The notes under the pieces were generated by a model, which was not told the DNA's origin, made no database searches, and was given only the letters and a program-made list of their open reading frames with translations. The position numbers were made by a program, and so were the translations under genes. Of a stretch of 64,000 nt of DNA, positions 30,274 to 46,640 are shown piece by piece (positions within the stretch are counted from its first letter, which is position 1; every line of letters starts with the position of its first letter). This stretch comes from the human T2T-CHM13v2.0 reference genome, Homo sapiens: assembly GCF_009914755.1 (NCBI RefSeq), contig NC_060929.1, one strand, 5' to 3'.

Positions 30274-30564
30274 TACCGCTGTATTTAAACAGTCCTCTAT
30301 AAAAAGTGTTGGGGCACTTTAACCTGCCCTATTCTTATCTGAGATCAACCCTCCATCTTCTGTAACTGCTCTGCAATGCACTAGAATTAGAGAAAATTTT
30401 ACATATATCTAGAATTGTCCATAGTCTATGTAGTAATATATGAATTCTCCAGTATCTCTGGCTTTAGATCCAAATTTCTTAAAATTTTAGAATTAGAAAG
30501 CCATTAATTTTAATGAAGGCATTGGCCTCCTCAGGCATTCTTTAAAAATAGACAAGTGTGGAGA

Positions 30565-31918
30565 AGCACTTCCAGAATGATGGTGTGAAGACCTGGGAAA
30601 ATCTGCACCTCCATTAAAGCTATCAGAACACTGGCAAAAATTGTGAAAATCAACTTTTGAGAACTCTGGAAATTAACCACAGGCTTGCAACAATCCAAGG
30701 AGAATTTATTCAAGAAAATCAGCTGAATCTTGGTAAAAACAGTGAGCTTTGTGGCGTTTTAACCTGCTCTATTCCCAGCTCCCATTCCTCAGCAAGTTCT
30801 ACTATGGCCTTGAAAACGAGCAGCCTTGAAGCCATGGTAGTTATAAAAGCCCAGCACCCACTGGAAGAGGTAGAATGTCTTTTGACCTATACACAACGTC
30901 CCAGTTTCCCAGATTGTCATGATTTGTCTTGTCTGGAATCTCCCTGGAAGAGCACTGTTCACAATGCATATCCATATTCAAATTAACTCAGTGACTGAAA
31001 ATGTCCTATCCCCAGGATGTTTCGTCAAAACAGTCAGTAGCAATGGTTTAGCTCTGTGGCTGCCTAAGGTAGTGATACTGGTTGCTGCAAACAAGAAGCT
31101 AATAGAAAAAGAAATAAAAGAAAAGAAAAACTGAGAAATGAAATGTACATGTACACAGTGGGGAGGAATTTTGAATATCTCTGCCATACTCCTGGGGATG
31201 AAGAAGGACACAGACATGTACAGGACTGTGCACATACCAAGAAAGCCCTGAGAAAGCGCTAATCTCTCACCTCTGACTAATCTGGAGGCTCTGTGCAAGC
31301 AGGATGTAAAAGGCGAAGGCAGAGTTGCAAACTGTGTGTGTGCTGGGACACGCCTTCAATTCTCTGGCAGTTTACAACAATTCTACTCCTAGTTATATAT
31401 CCAGAAGAAGATTTTTTAAACATTCACACAAAAACTTGTACGCTAATGTTCATACCAGCATCATTCATAACAGCCAAAAAGTGGAAACAACACAAATTCC
31501 CATCAACTGATGAATCAATAAGCAAAATGTATATTTCCATATAATGGACTATTAACAATAAAAAGAAATGGAGTTCTGATACATGCTACAACATGGATTA
31601 ACCTTGAAAATATTGTACTAAGTGAAAGAAACCGGACACAAAATGCACATACTGCATGATTCCATTTATACAGAAGTTCCAGAAAAGGCAAAATATAGAG
31701 ACAGAAAGTAGATTAGTGGTTGTCAGGAACTGGGGAGGAACTGTTAATGGGTACAGGGTTTCTTTTTGGCGTGATTAAAATGGTCTAAAATTAAATGGTG
31801 CTGATGGTTGCACAGTTCTGTGAATCTACTAAAAACCACTGAACTGTGATATTTTTACACTTTAAAAGGATGAAATTTATGGTATATAAATTATATCTCA
31901 GTACATTTGTTATAAAAA
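30565..31918 (+). mobile_element. L1M element: L1M4-type 5' end (~30565-31370) abutting an L1MB-type 3' end (~31370-31918)
   Basis: 5' end cttccagaatgatgg...aatcaacttttgagaactctggaaattaacc; 3' end caattctactcctag...ttcataacagccaaaaagtggaaacaac...aattatatctca. Confidence 0.75.
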
Positions 31919-31985
31919 TGCAATTGCCTCTAAAAGGACACACACAAACATTTGTCACTGATATCATAATATGATTTAATTAGAG

Positions 31986-32199
31986 CAGGGGTCAGAAGAC
32001 TTTTTCTGTAAATAGCCACATAATAAATATTTTAAGCCGTATGACAGATGATCTTTGTTGCAACTACTCATCTTTACTGTGGAAGCACAAAAGTATCCAC
32101 AAATAATACGTAAGTGAATAAACAGGGCAATTTCCAATAAAACTTTATTAAAATGGTGGGTTGGATTTGGTCCAAAGGCAATGGTTTGCCAACTTCTAG
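31986..32199. mobile_element. MER58A hAT element
   Basis: caggggtcag...tttttctgtaaa...gttgcaactactca...ccaataaaactttat...gtttgccaacttct. Confidence 0.8.
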
Positions 32200-32369
32200 T
32201 TTAAGTGGTTTAAAGGTTTTCCTTTGGGACTAGATGGGAGCAGGACACCAAGACCTTTTGATAGTGAGAAGAAAGGGAGAGATAATTTTGGAGTATAAAT
32301 TCCAGCAGTGAAAAGGCAGGACTGGGTGGGATTTCCAACATAGAGCTTTTGTGCAATCAGAGTGAATCC

Positions 32370-32717
<348 letters not shown>

Positions 32718-35710
32718 CAGAGTGAATCTTGTGGTGGGAAAGAACTAGAGGAAGAAAAGAGGCATGAACAGGAATTCAATGTAAAACATTTTTCACCATA
32801 GAGCACTGCATTAATGTATAGAAGAAGAGAAGAACGTACACTATGAAAATACCTTAAAACTATTTAAAAAATCAATTTCTGGTGTGAATTTTTCTTGTAA
32901 TTTGTTCATTTCTTTTTAAAGCACAATTGTGCAAAATAATTATGAATGGCTGAGATAATTTGGTTACTTAGCATAGCAAATATCATATAACATGTTCAGT
33001 TGTTCCTGAAAGTAGCTATATAGCAAATAAGTTATCCTCAAATGAACTACAGATTCATGGTATGAATATATTAGTGGCCAAGAAAATGATATTATGAATT
33101 AAGTAAAAAATAGTACACTGAGAGTCCTTCACTTTTAGGGATGTTATTTAGGAAATTAGTGTTTTCAGTCAGTAGTCAGCTGATAAAGCCAATTCCAAAT
33201 ATTTTATTATGTGTCTAGTGGGCTTGTTACCTGAGATAATCATAAGTTATTTTTAAAAATGATTATAACTTTGAGGAAGAACTTTTATTTTAGTGATGAT
33301 AAAGTAACTGGTCCCAGACTCACTCTCCTGCCATGAAAGCTAGAAAATAGGGAAATATATGCAAAATAACTATTTTCACATATTAGACAACAGGAAACAC
33401 TGTAATTGCCTTTAAAAGAAAACAAATTAAAGTCTGAATGTACTTTCAGGATCCCAGTCCAAGGAGCAGAAAGTCAAGCAAACCATGAAAGTCTCACTGA
33501 GATGAAGAGTCAGAGGAGGATGAGGCAGCTGGAATTTTCTGAGAGAAGTACCAAAGAGACGGATCTACATAGGGAAAGAGCTCCAGAAATCTGCATAAAG
33601 TTTCCTTTCAGTCTTACACAGAATACTAGACTGGCAGTGGAAAGGCTGACTCTAAGAAGCCAAGCAAAAAACAACTATTGAGAAACTGTTAGCTGAACAG
33701 TTATCAGAGTTCATACAAGATTGGCAAAGTCTAAGTTCAGACCAGAGTGGCAAGATGTCATTGTATATCTGACATTCAAAGGACACCTAAAAAGGTAATG
33801 TTTCAGTAAATGGGCTAAACCAGGCCTAGAATAAAGACTACTTTAGATCTGCCCTAATAAAGCTTGAAAACAACTAACTCTCAAGATGATCAAGGTGATA
33901 CACAAGTAACACAATACAACAAAATCTGTAATGGAAGAAAACAAAATCTAGAGACTCAATAACATAATACTGATAATGTCTGGCATCCACTAAAAAATTA
34001 CCAGACAGGGAAAGAAATATGATCCATAATCAAAAGAAAACTAAGTCAATAGAAATATACCCAGAAATGAAAGAGATGATGGAACGAGCAAACAAGGTTT
34101 TAAAACATCATATATGTATAAGAATATTTAAATGAGAAGGTATACACAAAATATAAAAAGAAACTATACAGAATTGCCAGAAGTTAAGGATACCTGTAAT
34201 AAAAATTCACCATATAGTCTTAATAGTACTTTAGACACTGCAGAAAAAAAAAAAAAATCACTGAACTTGAAGATGCAATAGAAAGTATCCAAACAAAAGA
34301 ACAGACAGAAAGAAGGTTAAAAAACAAAAACAATACAAAAAAACAAGGAAGAAGAATACAGCCTCACTGACCTACGGGACAATGCCAAGAGGTGTAATAT
34401 ACACAAAATTGAGTCCCAGAAAAAGTGGGAGGGGGAGTGAAGTGGGGCTGGCAAAAGACAAAATATTCCAAGAAAGAATGGCTGAAAAGTTTTCAAATTT
34501 GATGAAAATTAAACATCTCAGGTCCAAGCAGCTCAATAAACCCTAGGCAGAAAAAAATACAAAGAAAACCAAAACAAGGCACATCATAATCAAATTGCTG
34601 AAAAGCAGTGACAAAGAGAAAAGTCCTTATCAACTATAAAAGAAGACATATTACATAAAAGGAAACAGATACTGTAAATATTTCCACTGATTTATTGTCA
34701 GAAATAATGCAAGCCAGAAGATAATAAAATGAACATCTTTACAGTGCTAAAGGAAAAACGAAAAAGAACAAAAAAATTCTGAACCTAGAATTCCATATCT
34801 ACCGAAAAATATTTCAAACATGAAGGCAAAATACTTTTTGTCACGCAATCAAAAGCTAAAATAAATTAATGCCAGAGATTTGTAATACAAGAAATGTTAA
34901 AGGAAGTACTTCAGGTAGAAGGAAAACAATACCTATTGGAAACTCAGATCTACACAAAGAAGGGTATGGAAATGATAAATATATGGACAAATATAAAAGA
35001 CTTTTTCCCATTTTTAATTTCTTTAAAATATAATATTTGGAGCAAAAATAAAACAATAAATTGTAGGGTTTATAATACTTATAGAAATAAAATGTATGAC
35101 AACAATAGAATAAAGGATAGGGAGGAAGTAAATGGAAATATAGCATCATAAGGTTCTTATATCAGATGCAAAGTGGTATAATGTTATTAAAAAGTAAACT
35201 GTGATGGGTTAAAGATACATATTGTAAACCCTGGAGCAACTACTACAGTAAATAAAGAAGCCATTAGAAAAGGTAAAATGGAATACTGACAAATACTCAA
35301 CTCATCCAAAAGAGGGCCAAAATAGAGGGAAAATGAAGATTAGATAGAACAACAAATAGAAAGCAAGTAACAATATAAACCTATAGTCCCAAGTATCAAA
35401 ATAGAGAGTCCAGAAATAGATGCATCTATTTGATCACTTGGTCAATTGATTTCTGACAAAAGCATTGGAGTAATTCAATTTATAAAGAATAGCCTTTTTA
35501 AAAAATGGTTCTGGGAAAATTACATAGCCATATGGAAAAATAAGAACCTCAACATTTATCTCACTGTACACAAAAATCCATCATAGAACTAAACATGACT
35601 AAAACTATAAAATTGCCAAAAGAAATAATGGGAGAAATATTAGTAAAATTTAGATAATCCAGTTGTTCTTAGGACACAAAAAGCACTATGGTTAAAAAAC
35701 TGATAAACTG

Positions 35711-36016
<306 letters not shown>

Positions 36017-36441
36017 TCATCAAAATTATAAACCTCACTCCATCAAAAGACCTTGTTAAGAAAATGAAAAAGTAAGCCATAGACAGGGAGGAAATTTTAT
36101 CAATATATGTATAAAACAAAGAATTTATGTGCAATATATATAAAGAACCCTTTACAACTCAGTAAGACAACCAATTAATAAGTGGACAAAAGTTTTGAAT
36201 AGATATTTTACAAAAGAATATTTTCAAATGGTCACTAAGAACATGAAGAGGTGTTCAATGTCATTATTCATGAAGGAAATGTAAATTAAAGCTTCATGAG
36301 ATAATACTACCTACCCCTTAGAATAACCAAAATCAAAAAGACAATCTCAAGTGTTGACAAGAATATGGAGCAAACAAAATTTTCACACATCATTGGCCAA
36401 AATGTAAAAAGATCTGACTACTTCGTGAAACAGTTTAGTAG

Positions 36442-36741
<300 letters not shown>

Positions 36742-36831
36742 AGTAGTTTCTTATGAAGTTAAAAATTTACTTATCATATCACCTAGCATTTCCACTTCTA
36801 AGTACTTACTGAAGAGAAATGAAAACATACA

Positions 36832-37363
<532 letters not shown>

Positions 37364-38744
37364 TAGTCCCACAAAGACTTATACACTAGTATTCATAGCA
37401 GCTTTATTCATCGTAGCCAAAAACTAGAAATAATCAAAATGTCCACCCAACTGGTAAGTGGATAAAAAAAGTACTACTCAGTGAAATACTGCTCAGCAAT
37501 GAGCAGAAATAAACTAATGATAAAGCATAATATAAAATTATCAAAAACATTAAGCTGAGCAAAAGAAGCTAGACACAAAAGAATATATAGATTTCTATTT
37601 ATATGAAATTCTAGAATATCAAAAGTAAACTATCACGACAAAAAGCAGGTCAGTGTCTTCCTGGGGCTGAGAGTTGAAAGGAGAATGGACGGCAAAGGGG
37701 GAATGAAAGAACCTTTGGAGATGACATAAAATGTTCCATATCTTTATCGTTGTGGTTGTCACACAGATTTATACATTGGTCAAACTTACTGAACTCTTCA
37801 CTTGAAATGAGTGAATTTTATTGTATTCAATCAATAAATATATGTTAAAACATTTTTAAGGTGGATTGCAAACAAACTGGTGACAAAAGGCTCAGAATAC
37901 ATGATTAGTTACAACATAGAACAAAGACAGCCTTTCAATATGTGAAAGCTTACATTTAAAATCTACCTATACTATGGCGCAGGTATTTATGTAGGTAATA
38001 GAGACAATCACTGTGTCTGATAGGAAGGTAAGGCACTGTAAATTAATTTTGGCAACAGGCAGACAATATAGCATATATATGCTCTCTAGACAACACTTCT
38101 TAAAGGTCTTTATGAGGCTGAGGAGGAGTAGAAAACCAAAGTGGAAACTTTGAATCTCAACCCTTAATTTTGCTAGGTTATGGAAAACTTTTTTCCCAAA
38201 GGTTGGGAGAAAGTTAAGAAAACTGATTCAGAAAACAAAAGTAAGCCCAATGCCATTATCGAGGAGCCAAGTAAACAATACTTTTTGAGTATATTACTAT
38301 CATATTAGATGGGCATTTTTGACAGTATTTGCCTCATTTACAAGCCTGTTCTGACATTGTCTTAAAAACCAGCTGAGGTAATGTATGCTTTGATATTTTC
38401 ATTTGTCTAACTGAATAATGCTTGATCTACTTTGAAAACATAGGTGTCCAATGATTGTTAGCAAATTTATTTCTTACAGAGTGCATTGGCCTTAGAAACA
38501 CCCACATTAGGTCACTGACTTAATTATTTGTTGTACTTATAGCTTTTGTAGTAATCTTAAGTGGGTATTTTCCTTCTTGTCATCCCTCCCTAGCTTATGT
38601 CCAGTCTAAAGAGTTATGTGTTAGATAGAATTCTAAGTATAAAATCAGATTGTATAATTCATTACTGAATTCGTATGTTCATAAAAGTAGTGTCTCAAAA
38701 AATTTAGTCTAATAGAAAAAAATGAGAAATAACATGGCCTAGGA

Positions 38745-39070
38745 CAGGGTCCCCAACCCCTAGACTGCAGACCAGTACAGGTTCGTGACCTGTTAGGAAC
38801 TGGGCCGCACAGCAGGAGGTGAGCAGCAGGTGGGTGAGCATTACTGCTTGAGCTTCCCCTCCTGTCAAATCAGAAGCATGTTAGATTCTCATAGGAGCAC
38901 AAATCCTATTGTGAACTGTACATGCAAGGGATCTTGGTTGTTTGCTCCTTATGAGAATCTAACCAATACCTGATGATCTGAGGTGGAACGGTTTCATCCA
39001 TCCCCCTCCTGGTGGAAAAACTGTCTTCCACAAAACTGGTCCCTGGTGCCAAAAATGTTGGGGACTGCTG
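38745..39070. mobile_element. MER1B hAT-Charlie element, opposite orientation to the copy at 12057
   Basis: TIRs cagggtccccaac / gttggggactgctg; TSD gcctagga / ccttagga. Confidence 0.9.
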
Positions 39071-41243
39071 CCTTAGGAGAGAGGAGATCTGGTTTCTTGT
39101 GCTAAGTCTTGTCCAACTTAATTGGTGGACAGTCTTAGGCAACTCTCTTAATATTTCTGCTTTTTGTTTACTCAACAATAAGATGAAGATACCACTTCAT
39201 CTTTGTCCTTTTACCCTAAAATGATAAGACTGTGATGTTTTATGGGTAAACTGTGCAGAAATCATAGACAGTGATTTAGCAGGAGGAAACTACAGCAGTG
39301 AAGTTTTAAAATAATGTACTTTAGTTAATCTGGGTAGGTTAATTATAGATACTGAAGCATAGATCTATTAGTAATAAAATGTAAATATTGCGGGATTATG
39401 ATTACATGTCTCAGCTGTATTACTTGTAACAATGTTATGTTTCCAAATTAAACAAAAGTCATAGTAAAAGGCTTAATTTCGTTATGAATTAGTACCTTGT
39501 ATTATCTTATTAGGGTTTTTAAAATAACCATGATTGCTAACAGAAAAAAAAAAAGATATTTTCAAAGACTTAAATGGGAGAGAAAAGAGAAAACTTCAGA
39601 CCCTCATAACCACTGCAGGTATCAGGTTCCAGAGAATATTTAATGTTTATGGAGCAACAACTTGTATAAAGGAGAAGGGAGTTTCACCCATTTGAAGTTC
39701 TGCCCCTTTGAGCTTTCACATATAATTCAGGCTCTGTGAATATGTATAACGTCTGTTTCCAGAGACTTGTCTGACCATGTAGGGGAGGGTTTGCTCACTA
39801 CATACATGGAGAGATGTCAAATTAGGAGCAAGAAACAGTTTTATTTTCCCTAGCAGCACCTGAAATCCATTTATATCTTCTAGGTTATTTTAAGTATAGT
39901 TTTGTGCTGAGTGTCAAAGATGGTTCAAGAACCTAATAGTTGAAAGATAAATAGTGATTGAAGCATGAGGGTCACTGATTCTTTATAATCTTGTGAGAAA
40001 ATCCAGCTCTTACTTCCCCAGAAACAACTAAAATCAGCAGAGGGTGGCAGAACTTTCAAGTTCGTTTTTCTTTCAATTCAATAAAGACTACATCAGAAAC
40101 ACAACAAGCTTCTAATTCAGCCTTTTTACCTAGGAATATGCCCTTCCTTTGGGAAGCAAGAAGCAGTAAGGGAATGCATGGCAACTAGGAGATAACATTT
40201 TAAAAAGAGATCATTATTACAGAAACTTTAAATGACAGATTTGGACTTTGGAAATCATAACATAAAGTTATCTATTGCTAGTTTATAGGGATAATGGCCA
40301 AGAGAAAATGAAACATAATGACTGTAAAACAGCTAGAATGATATTCAAGTAATATCTGGAGGATAGTCAAAAAGTCTGGGAGGAGTGAAACCATGATTAT
40401 GAACTAGTTAGATCTTTTATATGGAGCCTAGGAAATATTTTATGAAAATTCAGGTTCCAAAGCAGGATAAAAGAAAGCTTACAGGTTGAAAACTAAATGT
40501 AAATGATAAAAATCACTATTTGAATAGCAGGATAATAATAAAAATCATTGTCTAAGTTTTCATCCTTTGTTTTCACAAGATATTAAATATGAAAATTTAA
40601 AGGCAGAATATTAAGGATAAGACAATGTGAGAATTTTTACGCCTGCCAGAGGGTGGGGCAACCCATCAAAACTTCCTGTTCAAATATACAACCTGCACTG
40701 CCTTTATTATTCTCTCTAGCTGAAGGAAGAAGAACAATACAGATGGGAAAAATATATTCTCTCCAAAGGAATCACAGGATATGCTTGCCTTGTAGAGAGA
40801 CACACTATGGTCATAATAATAAATGCCTTATACATCTGAAGAAAATCGACCAATAGTATTGTCCATTAATTTGCTGAATAAATGCACCCAAGAATCACAA
40901 AATACTTTTCACATCTTACTAATATCTTATATGCTCAATAGCAAAACATAATCTGTGATAAATATTAAAATAAATTTTTATGATAGAACATTCCCTAATT
41001 AATAAAAAAAGAAAATCTTTTCCCTTCCACCTCCCTTGCATCTTGTCCCAAAGTATATGAAATTTTACAGGAACCAATAATTAATGATTCCCAACAGAAG
41101 GCTTTATACTGAAAAAATGTAAGGTAAACTTTCACCAACAACAGATTCAGCAAAACCAGTATCAATACAACTTCTAAACATCTTTAAAGGTACATATAAG
41201 TATCTATAGAACATTTCTTTTACAAACAGTAAATGTCTCATAC

Positions 41244-41408
41244 CTGGGATGTTATATAAAAAGTCCCATAATTGCTCTTCTTCCATGTAGCTCACAAAAA
41301 CGTTTGCAAATGTTTGTGGAGAAAAACTGCAATGGTACAATATTTTAAAGATGGTTTCCATCAAGCTGGGTCCTTGGTTCAGGTTATTTTCTGTGTCGGA
41401 AACTTGTT
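41244..41408 (-). CDS. KIAA0825: KIAA0825 coding exon, first in window (165 nt; 180 nt if the upstream acceptor giving end 41423 is used), phase 1/1: xQVSDTENNLNQGPSLMETIFKILYHCSFSPQTFANVFVSYMEEEQLWDFLYNIP
   Basis: Acceptor tttcaag, donor CAG|GTATGA; open frame overlaps ORF 41104..41364; G+TC gives Val in frame with the next exon. Gene identity recognised from the peptide. Confidence 0.88.
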
Positions 41409-42394
41409 CTTGAAAGGTACGTTCTTGAAAGGAATCAAAATGATTTAGTAAGATATCAGTGAATATGATTAAACTCTTACTATGTACACTAGCATAATGC
41501 TGTGGAAATGGTTTTTAATAAGATTTACATAAAAAGAGAATTACCAGATTATTTCAAAACAATGGTCCATCCAACCCAATGTTGTTTCTGAGATATTCAT
41601 GGATATTTATGGAAAAAAACAAACAAAAACAACAACCAAAAAAACCTGTGAGAAAGACCACAATAACACCACTTCAAAGGTCAACGCTAGTTTCCCTCAA
41701 TGTCATAATTCTTCTTTCTCTTAAGGAAAACTTTTTTGTTTCTTTTTCTAATTTAAGAATAATAGACATTCATTCTAAAAAAATTTTTTTGTAATCTGGA
41801 CAACTAGGAATACTAACATTGTACCATGGGAAAATTCACATTTTTAGTTTTTCCAGAATTATGCTATCAATTCTACAAACAAATTTATGAATGTTTCTTA
41901 AATCCACAGACCTTGTCATATCAGACTGAAGAGTTTTATCAATTGGTTCCTCAATAAAACTATATAAAGAATTCAACAAAAATTGGGCCATTTTAATTGT
42001 CCTTTTCAACCCTCCTTTGGCTCCATAACAGCCTTCTCAAAAATCAGTAATCATAAGTTTCTGTACTATTGCATTTATAGTTTGGATGGAAAGGTGAAAT
42101 AATAATTTCTGTTTTCTATGGATAATAAGCATGAGATGTGTACTATTATAATAAACAACATATTTGTTGGGTTAAAGGTAACAAATTATATTTTAGCTCT
42201 TATATTTTAACTATCTTGCATAAATCTAAAGCATTTCAGAATAAATAGATTTCTTTATTCTTGCTCATTTGGAATATCATTACTTTTATGTTTCCTCTTG
42301 AAATTTTTTTCCTGTGATTTGATTTTGATGATCTAAAGGAGCTCACTGTTATCTTCAAACTAAGAAATAACATCATAGACTTTATGTGGAGAAC

Positions 42395-43270
<876 letters not shown>

Positions 43271-43659
43271 CTAAACGGTCTCGACTATTTCCCCAAGCAT
43301 AAAATATAAAATGGCAAATATTCCTAATCCAGGCTTTCATAATTTAATATTTTATCCAAATAGTCTCTGCAGTTCCCTCTTCTTTCTGCTCCCTCCAATT
43401 CATCTTACATAAAATTATCCATTATCCTCATGTCCTTCCTTGTTTTAACCTTCCCCTTCCTCCACTGTTAAAAATTCCTTATCCTGATTGAGGATCAAGA
43501 GTTCCACAATCTTTTCCCAAATTATGTTCCAACCCCCAAACATCTGTTCTACCCAGTAGAGTTTATTTGCTTGTAAATGTGCCCTCCCATCTCCTTTTCT
43601 TTTTCCATGCCATTTCTTCAGGCTATATGTGTTTTCCTCCAATAAAATCATCATGATTT

Positions 43660-44290
43660 AATCAATAAGTTGATTGATTAATCAACTGCTTCCTATGTGT
43701 CAGTCATTGTACCAGGTGCTGAGGCCATCCCCTTCCAGGGGCTCAAGGATTGTGCAAATATGTGTATATTTTGTTGGCGGGGAGAAGATGACAGACAAGT
43801 AAATAATTATTACCGCAACATAAGGAAAAGGTGAGTGACCATGCATCTGAGTTTGCCTGGGCAGTCCTGGTTTAGGTCTGTTGTCCTGGTGTAATTACTA
43901 GTAGCATCTTCTTTCACTTTTAAAAGTGTCTCAGTTAGGATGATAAATTATTTGATCAACTTAAGTCTAAGTGATATAAGTATGAGGCACTGTGGAAATG
44001 CAGAGGATGATGCTTTAAATTTTTTCAGGGAACACAGACAAGTTACAAAGCAGATCATGTCTCAGCCAAGTCTTTAAGAAGGAGTAGAAATTTATCAGCA
44101 TGACAAGATCAAGGTGGGGGGTACTTTCCAGGAAGACCGAAGAATTGGTGAAATATTGAGAAGACAAGCAGTTGCTGGCAGTGTGATGTGGCTGAAGTGA
44201 GACTGCCATGAGGAAGATGGGAGATGAAGCGAGGCAATCAACAGAGCATGAATAATATACAGCCCTGCAAATCATGCAACGGAAATGCAC
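43660..44290 (-). mobile_element. L2 fragment
   Basis: cctatgtgtcagtcattgtaccaggtgctg...gaggcactgtggaa...gtcttta agaaggagtagaaattt. Confidence 0.6.
43833..43962. mobile_element. MER94-like hAT-Blackjack element
   Basis: gtgaccat...gtttgcctgggcagtcctggttta...ctttcacttttaaaagtgtc...gatgataaattat. Confidence 0.75.
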
Positions 44291-44697
44291 ATGCCAGGGT
44301 GGATATGAGGAATAGTTCTATGGAATGGGTGCTAATTTTCCCAGTTTTACAGATGAACAAAGTAAAATGAAGAGAAATTAAATTACTTGTCCCAAGGTCA
44401 CAAAAATAGTAAGAATATGTTTGTGCTGTCTGAATTACACTACAATCCCAAATTTCTCAAAGCCTGCTTTGACATTTTACTGACAATAACCACTGAATGC
44501 AAAGCACTCAGTCCAAACTATGTATATGGTATGTGGTAATGTATTGCCTTAATGCAAAACTCTTTAATTTCATATAGCATTCTACATTTTCATATATATT
44601 GTCTTGTTACATCTCTAGTACTATTTTACTATATGACGTTCTGCGGATGCACATCTTGTCTTCAGGTATCTTCCAACGGCACCTGGATCAATGCTAC

Positions 44698-44880
44698 ATG
44701 TTTAATATTGAAGAAGGAATAAAAGAAGGAATGTTTAGTACTAAAGAAGGAAGAAATGTTTTAATACTAAAGAGGGAAGAAAAGAAGGAAGGAAGGCAGA
44801 AAAAATAGATTGTTTTAATACTAAAACAATGTTTTAATGCTAAGGAAGGAAGAAAAGAAGGAAGGAAGGGAGAAAGAAAT
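44698..44880 (+). repeat. Irregular tandem repeat, unit tgtttta(a/g)tactaa plus (gaag)n
   Basis: Five imperfect copies visible. Confidence 0.75.
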
Positions 44881-45135
44881 ACATCTCTTGAGTATTTTGT
44901 GATAGGTTTTGGTCCATCTAGAAATTGATATTTCTGAATGACACATAATTACCTGCTAGTCATAAAGTTCAAAGATTTTTTTTCTCCAAGCCTCATCCTC
45001 CTCACATCCACTGTATCCTTTCTTTTCACCTACTCCTTTGAAATCCTCGTCTCTCTTGACTTCCTGGCAGCTATGCTTTCTTGGATTCAGAGTTCCTTTT
45101 TGGCATATCTTTTCTGGTAGCTCTTCCTCTTTTAT

Positions 45136-45345
45136 CTGGGGTTGGCAAATTTTTTCTATAAAGGGCCAGACACTTTATGTTTTGCAAGCCATTTGGTCTG
45201 TGTCTTAACTACTCAACTCTTCTCTTGGAGCACAAAAGCAACTATAAACAATATAATATGTAAATGAAGGATCAAGGCTATGTTGGACTAAAACTGTATT
45301 TACAAAAACAGGTGGCGGGAAGGGGCATTTGGTTCATGGGGGCTC
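45136..45345. mobile_element. MER58A hAT element
   Basis: ggggttggcaaattttttctataaagggccaga...actactcaactct...tttacaaaaacaggtggc. Confidence 0.85.
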
Positions 45346-46119
45346 CCCCAGAACAGTGGCCTTAGCCTTCTTCCAGCCACACTGCTTTTTACCTGGCTTA
45401 GCAATTCTGTTTTCCTTTGACTTGAAAGATTCTTTTTATGCAGAACTTTCCAAATTATCCATCTCTGGCTCTGACCTTTCTCTTTTATGCTCATTGCTGT
45501 GTTCCCTAGTTCTGTCTAGATCACCATCATATGCTTATTTCCAGGCTCAATGCCTTAGCAGTATTTATTCCTTCTCTGAATTGTTAGATGTAATAAAATA
45601 AATATCTCTACCCCGTTTCCCCTTCTCAAAATGAACTGAATGCTCATTTTTTCCCCCAATGTGTCCCTTCTTCTTTGATTCTAACACTATTAATATAGTT
45701 TAGGTTTTCTTTTCCTCTTGTTTTAATCAAAATACTTCCTAGAATATATATCAATCTAAACTCCTCTAGCTGCCTTTTAAAGTCCTCCATAATGCCTTAT
45801 GTATCCAGACTTATAATTTTCTATGATTCCCCAATATTCCAAGATAATTTCTACTTCAGACCTCATTCATCATCTAATAAGGCTTGGCTGGACAGTAATC
45901 CTCAGCAGATTCCAGATGTTTCTAAGGTCTGTGCCCTGGAAACCTAGTGAAAGTCAACAACTTTGCCAGGTGGTGCTCATCCATAAACATTGCTTTTCCT
46001 TAGGTTTTGAATTTCTTACACTATTGGGATATTCTTCTTGTGCTCTCTTTCATTCTGATATTCCCCTATTCCTTTCAAGATGACTCAGCTATAGTTTAAT
46101 TCTTTTAACCTGCTCTTTA

Positions 46120-46640
46120 AGTTAGTCCTGAATGCACTACCCCAAAATATGGCACCTTGGCATTTGAGAAAATAGCAGAAGCAGGAAGGTCTCTTTGACC
46201 TACTACTGCCCTTTTACCCTGAAGCAGGCCTTCACGGAATTCTGACTTTCCTCTAAAGTAGGTCATAAGACCCTCATTCCAGAGGTGCCCTCTATATAGC
46301 TGGAAGAAAGAAATGTCCTCCTCTCTGAAAACACAGGGACACAGAGAAGAATGTGAGTAATCAGATCTTGCTAAATTCCCCCCAGTTTATGGCCATTAAA
46401 TTATACTCCCTTAGTCCAATTATACTTCTGCCCCACTGTTCACTGTTCATCACACCTAAATATAAAATAGAAAGCTTTCCCTGTGTCTTCAGGTCTTCCT
46501 TTCTGAAGGCTCCCATGTCATGTAAAATTGATATTAAATACATTAGTATGCTTTTTTCTAGTTAATGTCTTTTATCATAGGTGCCTCAGCCATGAACCTT
46601 GCAATGGGTGAGGAAAGGTATTAGTTTTTCTTCCCTATAG
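46120..46640 (+). mobile_element. ERV1 solo LTR (MER34-family-like)
   Basis: ctaccccaaaatatggcaccttggcatt...gaagcaggaagg...ctgaaggctcccatgtcatgtaaaa...attaaa...ttcttccctata. Confidence 0.75.

Noticed and set aside
43655-43686. Short palindrome gttgatt...aatcaac
   Set aside because: Seven-bp arms in a degenerate L2 tail; expected by chance.
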